From: Trypanosoma brucei
Taxonomy: Eukaryota
NCBI GenBank assembly: GCA_000002445.1
Contig: CM000208.1
Coordinates: 2,336,001-2,400,000, forward strand
Length of the DNA: 64,000 nt
Direction: 5' to 3'
The position numbers were made by a program, and so were the translations under genes. Shown here piece after piece: positions 58,019 to 64,000 of this stretch. Every line of letters starts with the position of its first letter. The first letter of the stretch is position 1. The notes beneath the pieces were generated by a model. That model had not been told where the DNA came from, did no database searches, and saw nothing but the letters and a program-made list of their open reading frames with translations.

Positions 58019-58941
58019 ACTCTGATGTGCGAGTATGTGTCTCTGTGATGAAGTGGTGCCCAAACTTTGAAGCAGCGGAAGACAAATGAGTTAAGAGGGT
58101 TGGAAAGGAGGAAATGAATAAAGAAGGTGCGGATCCAAGGAATGGTGGAATGAGTGTGAAGAAACACCGGGATCTGAGGGTTAGGAATAATCACTCCTCG
58201 TGCCGGCTGTTGTGAAGAGGATGCGGGGTGGGGGGGAACCATTTACATATTTACATTTATATTTATATATGTGTAAGTGTTTGTGTGTATGGCTCGATGA
58301 ACGATTACTTTGCTCTCTCCTCCCCCCTTACATGCACATGTGTTTATGCTTGTTGCGTTGTGAGATTAGTTGTAGGAAGTCATACTCGTAGTGGGCGTGC
58401 CATCCGTGTGGGGCGGGGTGTAAGATGTTTTATTCCACTTTTCCCCACCTTAGTAATCCTTCGACTTTCCTTTAGCTTACATCTGTTGGGTACTGTAGGA
58501 GGTGTTAGGGAGGAATTGCCTTTTCACTTGGAATATGGTAATAACGTAGTTGGACACGAATTTACGCGGTGCATTTAAACAGTTGCGCGTACCAGTGACG
58601 TGATGAAAGTGTGTACACACAAATAAAATAGGAAGAAGCGTGCATGTACACTAACTTGTACCGATGACGCACTGGTTGTCATTATGTGGCCGTTCGTGCG
58701 CATATTTTTTTTTCTTTTTTTCTTTTCCCATCTTCACCGGATGGTCGCGTTAGACACCTAGGTTGATTCAAATTGTGTCAAGGGTGGAGGCTGTGAAGAG
58801 GACTTGCAACGAAAATTCAAAGAAAAAAAAGAAGAAAGGGAGAGTTTCCGGCCTGCAATAAACACCAGAGCGGAAAGCGAAGTAGTGGAAGCGTCGCATC
58901 GACAAACAACAAAAGAAAAATACAACGCTAACAAACAAGTT

Positions 58942-59730
58942 ATGGTCTCCAAGAAATCACTGTATGATGTACTCGGCCTGTCACGAGATGCTACGGCTGC
59001 TGACATCACGCGTGTCTACAGACGTTTAGCACTGCAGTATCATCCCGACCGCAACCCCGAGGGCGCAGCAAAGTTTAAAGAAATTTCCAACGCATACAGT
59101 GTGCTCTCTGACGAAAAGGACCGTCGTACTTACGATGCGACTGGAATAGTGCCGGGCGCAGCGAGTGGGAGAGGCGATGAAATGTCGGAATCACAGCGAT
59201 CTGCTGAAATGCAACAACGTGTACATCAATTTTACGCCACATACGCGGGATCACATGAGGAGGAGGAAGATGTTATTGAACGATTCAAAAAGTGTAAGGG
59301 TAACTTTGGTCGAATGATACGAGAGGAGTTATTGTTTGACAACGGTAAAGTCGAGGAGGTTAAGCGACTACAAGACCTTGTGCGCTCCCTTGTGAAAAGG
59401 GGGAGCTTGGAATCTACGGAGGCGTGGGAGATTACATCCACAGAAGCGGCACGAAAGCGCATTGAGCGGGCCATGGCGAAAGAACGGAAAAGGGCTGTTG
59501 AAACACTCGACGCAATGGGGTTGAGCACCAAGAAGAGTGGAGCAGGGAGCATGCAAGAGCTTCAGGCCATTATCTCACGTAACCAAGAGAAGCAGTGGGC
59601 TGATATGCTTGGTAATCTGGAGGAAAAGTACGTTAAGCGAAAGAATGTAGCTGAGGAACACGCCGGGAAGAAAAAGAAGCGGGAACAGCAGGAAAGTGCA
59701 TCGGCACCTCGAAAAAAGACAAAGAAATAA
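58942..59730 (+). CDS. DnaJ (J-domain) protein, DNAJC9-like
   Basis: The ORF-track start at 58804 is TTG; the first ATG at 58942 puts the J domain at the N-terminus: SLYDVLGLSRDATAADITRVYRRLALQYHPDRNPEG...KFKEISNAYSVLSD...RRTYD, with the HPD motif. The downstream EDVIERFKKCKG and LQAIISRNQEKQWADMLGNLEEKY segments and the Lys-rich tail resemble DNAJC9. Confidence 0.7.
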   Translation: MVSKKSLYDVLGLSRDATAADITRVYRRLALQYHPDRNPEGAAKFKEISNAYSVLSDEKDRRTYDATGIVPGAASGRGDEMSESQRSAEMQQRVHQFYATYAGSHEEEEDVIERFKKCKGNFGRMIREELLFDNGKVEEVKRLQDLVRSLVKRGSLESTEAWEITSTEAARKRIERAMAKERKRAVETLDAMGLSTKKSGAGSMQELQAIISRNQEKQWADMLGNLEEKYVKRKNVAEEHAGKKKKREQQESASAPRKKTKK

Positions 59731-60309
59731 GTCTACGCATTATTCTCAGCTAGCCGTGTGCATGCCACAACTACATCCGAAAGCGGTGTATCGATGACCA
59801 TAGATTCTGGAGACTAACTTAGCTGTGTTGGTTTGGGAACTTCGCACTGCGTGAACACTAATGCATTCAGTTTGGTCGAAACATTGTGACGGCACGCTAG
59901 TGACAACTACCTCAACATCACACTTCCAATAGAGTTAGTTTTTTTTTTCACTTTCTGACTTTTTTTTTATGTTGAGCCATCCCACAAGTGCACGCGTATT
60001 CGCGTATAGACGCTCTCATGAAAGCACAAAGGCAGAGAGCGCGCTGCTGCAAGTGTCTACCGCTGTTTTTCTACTTTTCAAAAATCCTTCGTTTCTTGTC
60101 TCGACGCATATTTATTCATTGATTCATTAAATCACTAAGGTAAAACAGCTGTGTCTCCGCGCCGCGGTGTTTGTTTGTTTGTTTCTTTCTTTCTTTGACC
60201 AAGGAGAGAAACGAAGGATTTGGGAATAGGAAGAACACTTTTATTTGCTAAGGTGCTAAGTTGCTAAACACCCTAGGTCGCTACTACCCTTTTTAGTGTT
60301 GGTGTCCCA

Positions 60310-61998
60310 ATGCATTCAGTCCACGAATCGCTCTTAGGGGATGACGCTGCCGCGCGCAATACTGGTCGCCAGTCAACCATCAACCGAATTTCAATGCTAG
60401 TTGCTCAAAGACTTTCTGTTGTTGGAATGGAGGAGGAGGTTCGACATGGATCGGTCGCTGGCGCCTCTGTCAACACATTATGTAATGTTATTGGGGCAGG
60501 TGTGCTCTCTCTACCACTAGCAATGCATGAGGCATCTATTGTCGGTGGATTTACGCTGATGTTGTTTATGGCGCTGCTGGGAGGTCTTGCAGCGTTTATG
60601 GTCATTATGGGATGTGAAGCAACGCAGCGGTTTTCCTTTGCTGAAGTAGTAGCGCACGCCCTGTTCCCATCTTACACATTCGAGGATTTTTGTACGAAGG
60701 TGGGTAAACTGGCACTTCATGACCTTGGTTGTGTGGGGGGTGGCGCAATGGAAACGGAGGAACTGCATCGCAAACACAAGGAGAGGGAGGCGGTAAGCAG
60801 ACGTAAACGTCGGGCTGTGATTGTTCTTCTTGAGCTATTGGTGTTTATTAACAACTATGGAACGCTTATCATATATTCTCGGGTCATTGGTGACTCCATA
60901 CCTCCGGTCGTGAGCAGCCTCCTGCACACCTCTGGCATTATTGTTACCAGAACCTTTTGGCTGGTTACGTCCGGGGTCATTTTCTTCTTGCTCAGCTGCG
61001 TCCGGCATATGGACGAACTCAAGTGGACGTCTTTTCTGGGATTTATCACTATATTGTACATAGTCGTCATCGTTGTCGTACGTTATGTCACCAGTCTACA
61101 AAATCCCCCATACCCCGATGTGGACCCTGCCGCGCTCGAGGGAATCAACTGGTGTAAAATTAGTGTGAACATACTTCGCAGCGTATCAACATACAGCATT
61201 GCCTTTTCCTATCATAGCAACATTCCCTACTTTTATCGGGAGCTAAGGGACCGCAAACCCTACACGATGCTCAAAAGCGTCTATATTGCGTTTCCCATTG
61301 TTACAGTGTGCTACGCTACGACAGGTTTCTTTGGCTACTTGACATTTGGTACGTTAGTCGCCAGTCCCGCTGCCGGTGGTGACATTGTGCGAAATTACCC
61401 AGCGGACGATTTATTGGTTAATATCGGGCGTTTTGGACTCTTTCTACATTTTGCCTGTGTCTATCCCATTCTTTCGGTGTGCGCAAGGCGCGGTCTTCAC
61501 CGAGTTATTATGCATGCACTAACTTGGAACCGTCTGAGCACCCCAGACGAGGAGGACGAAACCCCACCAGCGAATGAAACTACCAAGTACTACTCCACAG
61601 ACCACAGGTATAAAATGTCGGGAGGCAGTGATGAATTGCCTTTGAGCGATGACGCTGACAGAGATGTTGGCTCTCCGGAAGACACCACCACTCTAGCTAT
61701 TGTTTTGGAGGCGCTCTTCATTGTGTGCACATCTGTGGTGCTCGCCGCTTACATCTCCGGTATATCCGTTGTGATTGACTTCCTTGGAACACTCCTCGGG
61801 ACGGTTATGATGTTTACCGTCCCTGGCTTCACAGGTTGGTGTATCTTATCACGTGCGTCGCCGCTTGGTGGTTCTACTGTGGTTTCGCACACCCGCCTCT
61901 TCATGGTTCTTACCTTCCTACTCGTGGTGATGGGAATTGCTTGCACATCGCTGGGTTTGCTGTTTCTTATCAAACAGTACGTCCTTCCTGCTTTGTAA
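60310..61998 (+). CDS. amino acid transporter (AAT / Aa_trans family), about 11 transmembrane segments
   Basis: The N-terminal signature SVAGASVNTLCNVIGAGVLSLPLAM is typical of eukaryotic AAT permeases. Multiple hydrophobic helices run through the protein, with a large hydrophilic loop in the middle. Confidence 0.75.
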   Translation: MHSVHESLLGDDAAARNTGRQSTINRISMLVAQRLSVVGMEEEVRHGSVAGASVNTLCNVIGAGVLSLPLAMHEASIVGGFTLMLFMALLGGLAAFMVIMGCEATQRFSFAEVVAHALFPSYTFEDFCTKVGKLALHDLGCVGGGAMETEELHRKHKEREAVSRRKRRAVIVLLELLVFINNYGTLIIYSRVIGDSIPPVVSSLLHTSGIIVTRTFWLVTSGVIFFLLSCVRHMDELKWTSFLGFITILYIVVIVVVRYVTSLQNPPYPDVDPAALEGINWCKISVNILRSVSTYSIAFSYHSNIPYFYRELRDRKPYTMLKSVYIAFPIVTVCYATTGFFGYLTFGTLVASPAAGGDIVRNYPADDLLVNIGRFGLFLHFACVYPILSVCARRGLHRVIMHALTWNRLSTPDEEDETPPANETTKYYSTDHRYKMSGGSDELPLSDDADRDVGSPEDTTTLAIVLEALFIVCTSVVLAAYISGISVVIDFLGTLLGTVMMFTVPGFTGWCILSRASPLGGSTVVSHTRLFMVLTFLLVVMGIACTSLGLLFLIKQYVLPAL

Positions 61999-62655
61999 CT
62001 CCTTCAATGCCAAGCGCGCCTTTTACTTTTAGCCGCTGCTATTCAGAAAGCCGACTCTTGACTCCCTTCTTTCATTTGGTATTCGGTGTGTGAAACCGAT
62101 GAAGGTTGTTCAAGCCACCCCTCCTCGTACAAGGGAGATTCCTTACGGAATGGGAGAGAAGAGCAGAGAGAGTGTGTGTGGGTTTCAACATTCTAATTGA
62201 CGATTTGTGTGCCCCCATTTTTTTTTTTTCGTTGCCACTCACCCCACGTTTGGACGGTTCCGCTCGATTAGGTGTCTATTTGACTTACTTTTACGCTATA
62301 AAGGTTTTGTAGCTGCATCCACCGGCTGCTAACGTGTACCCATGTTGTTTTTCCTTTGATGTCATGCCTTGTTCATACCCAATTTTGCGGTCGATGAAAA
62401 CTGACACCTTACTTTTTTTTTTACGTATATTTGCGCACTTAACTTTCTCTATGGCAATTAAAACCCGACAACCAACCATAAATTACTTATTCTATGGATT
62501 TACTAGACGCTTACGAGAACATTGGTATAGAACTACCCGTCGTTTTCGGTGCTTGTCTGATTTGCCGGTACTCAATTATCGCTCTCGCATCAGAGGCGAC
62601 GAATTCCGTCAGGTGTGGCACAGAAGCCTGGAGCTGAGTGACATATTTTGAATAT

Positions 62656-63918
62656 ATGCGTCGATGGCTGCGTAACGTTCGTGGGGGATTACTTCATCCT
62701 CGGGCAGCACGGCTTATGGTTTCCTGTGGGAAGACTCATGGCCTGCACATGGTCTCTACTGTTAGTAGAAACACTGAAACTGAAGATGAAGAAATTAGGG
62801 ACAACGAATCGTTTCCACATCAAGATGATGATGACGAGTCCGTGACGGAAATAAGCGAGGAGATGATGCGATCTCTTCCGAAAGCTCCTCCGAAACTGAG
62901 GTCAGCGGGGTCACTACTCTCCACCGAAGAGCAGGAGCAACTTACAAGGATGATTTTCAAGGCGCACTATGCGGGGGAAGGGATGGGGGAAAACGATCGA
63001 GCGATGTGGTACCAAAGTGCACTGGAGATCCATTGGCTGGAGGAATGGGCGTACGAGGAATTTGACGGGCAAACACAAAGGGATGTGGCACGTCGTGCCG
63101 TGAAGAAGGCAGTTCTTCAGCGTGTGGATCTACACAAACCGCTTGCTTATATTATTGGGCACCAGCCATTTTACGGTTGTGATATTCGTTGTTCCCCACC
63201 TCTCCTTTGTCCGCGACCGGAAACAGAGATGTGGACCCATTGGCTCGTTCGCACATGGCTTTCGAAAATACCTGAAACGACCCAACCCTTGCGTGTTTTG
63301 GATATGTGCTGCGGGACCGGCTGCGTTGGTATTGCCATCGCCAAGCATGTGCCCTCCGCACAAGTTACTGCCGTGGATATCCTGGATGAGGCGATTGGGG
63401 CATCAGAGGAAAATGCAAAACTGAATGGGCTTGAAGCGAGTCGCTTTTGCACTTTAAAGAGCGACATGTTCGAATCCTTTCTTGTCTCGAATAGCGGGAG
63501 TCTCACCGGAGAGGACACAAAGTTAGACCTCAAGAAGAAAGAACCAGCAGCAGAGCATGCTGGTTCTTTTGACATCATAGTGTCCAATCCGCCCTACGTG
63601 TTGCCGGATCAGTACACTGATTTACCACCTGGTATTAAGTTGTGGGAGTCCAAGTTGGCCTTGGTGGGCGACGAGAAGCGCGAACAGCAGCAGTATCTTT
63701 ACTTCCAAGAGCTGTCCGAATTTGGTTCTTTGTTACTGAAGCCCAAAGCGATGCGAAACCCTGCGCTTTGCGCAGCGCCAAACATTGTTATTGAGGTAGG
63801 TCTACAGGCAGAACAGGTTGCGTCCGTCATGGAGAAGAGTAAACTATGGGAAAATGTGGAGATTCACTTGGATTACGCGCAGCAGATGCGATGGATTACC
63901 GCCTCTTCCTCCCACTAA
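62656..63918 (+). CDS. HemK/PrmC-family S-adenosylmethionine-dependent (glutamine-N5) methyltransferase-like protein, probably mitochondrial
   Basis: The ORF-track start at 62638 is GTG; the first ATG at 62656 gives a presequence-like MRRWLRNVRGGLLHPRAARLMV. SAM-binding segment LRVLDMCCGTGCVGIAIAKHV. Catalytic motif IVSNPPYV (NPPY). Confidence 0.6.
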   Translation: MRRWLRNVRGGLLHPRAARLMVSCGKTHGLHMVSTVSRNTETEDEEIRDNESFPHQDDDDESVTEISEEMMRSLPKAPPKLRSAGSLLSTEEQEQLTRMIFKAHYAGEGMGENDRAMWYQSALEIHWLEEWAYEEFDGQTQRDVARRAVKKAVLQRVDLHKPLAYIIGHQPFYGCDIRCSPPLLCPRPETEMWTHWLVRTWLSKIPETTQPLRVLDMCCGTGCVGIAIAKHVPSAQVTAVDILDEAIGASEENAKLNGLEASRFCTLKSDMFESFLVSNSGSLTGEDTKLDLKKKEPAAEHAGSFDIIVSNPPYVLPDQYTDLPPGIKLWESKLALVGDEKREQQQYLYFQELSEFGSLLLKPKAMRNPALCAAPNIVIEVGLQAEQVASVMEKSKLWENVEIHLDYAQQMRWITASSSH

Positions 63919-64000
63919 TCTCTCGGAACGGTATCCACGCGCTAAACACCGCAACGGTCGCTCACTGGCGCAAGTTTTTCGAAACTCATGCTGCTGTGGA

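Overview
The window reads as a trypanosomatid (Trypanosoma-type) nuclear chromosome segment of about 50% GC. About 22 protein-coding genes lie head-to-tail on the + strand, with no convincing minus-strand gene and no strand-switch region, so it is the interior of one polycistronic transcription unit. Intergenic spacers of 0.3-2.9 kb are rich in polypyrimidine tracts (trans-splicing and polyadenylation signals), (TA)n, (ATT)n and (TG)n microsatellites, and homopolymer C or G runs. Genes recognisable from conserved motifs are: RPT6 (26S proteasome ATPase), ribosomal protein eL22, a crooked-neck-type HAT-repeat splicing factor, a SET-domain methyltransferase, an ARM+WWE+HECT ubiquitin ligase (TRIP12/UFD4-like), a gamma-tubulin complex (GCP/Spc97-98) component, a DEAD-box helicase with a DDX24/Mak5-style insertion, an M3A metallopeptidase (mitochondrial intermediate peptidase-like), a DnaJ (DNAJC9-like) protein, an AAT-family amino-acid transporter, a HemK/PrmC-family methyltransferase, and an alternative-oxidase-like protein with altered di-iron motifs. 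Several ORF-track starts are non-ATG (TTG or GTG); I moved those to the first in-frame ATG. Two adjacent giant paralogous genes are built from a repeated, apparently uncharacterised two-part module. A PH-domain protein ends in an Arf-like pseudo-GTPase with the catalytic Gln replaced by Arg and the NKxD motif lost. One gene carries a near-perfect 63-nt tandem repeat (7 copies) with a higher-order periodicity. I found no rRNA, tRNA, spliced-leader gene, retroelement or CRISPR array. This looks like an ordinary housekeeping core region, not an accessory or subtelomeric one.
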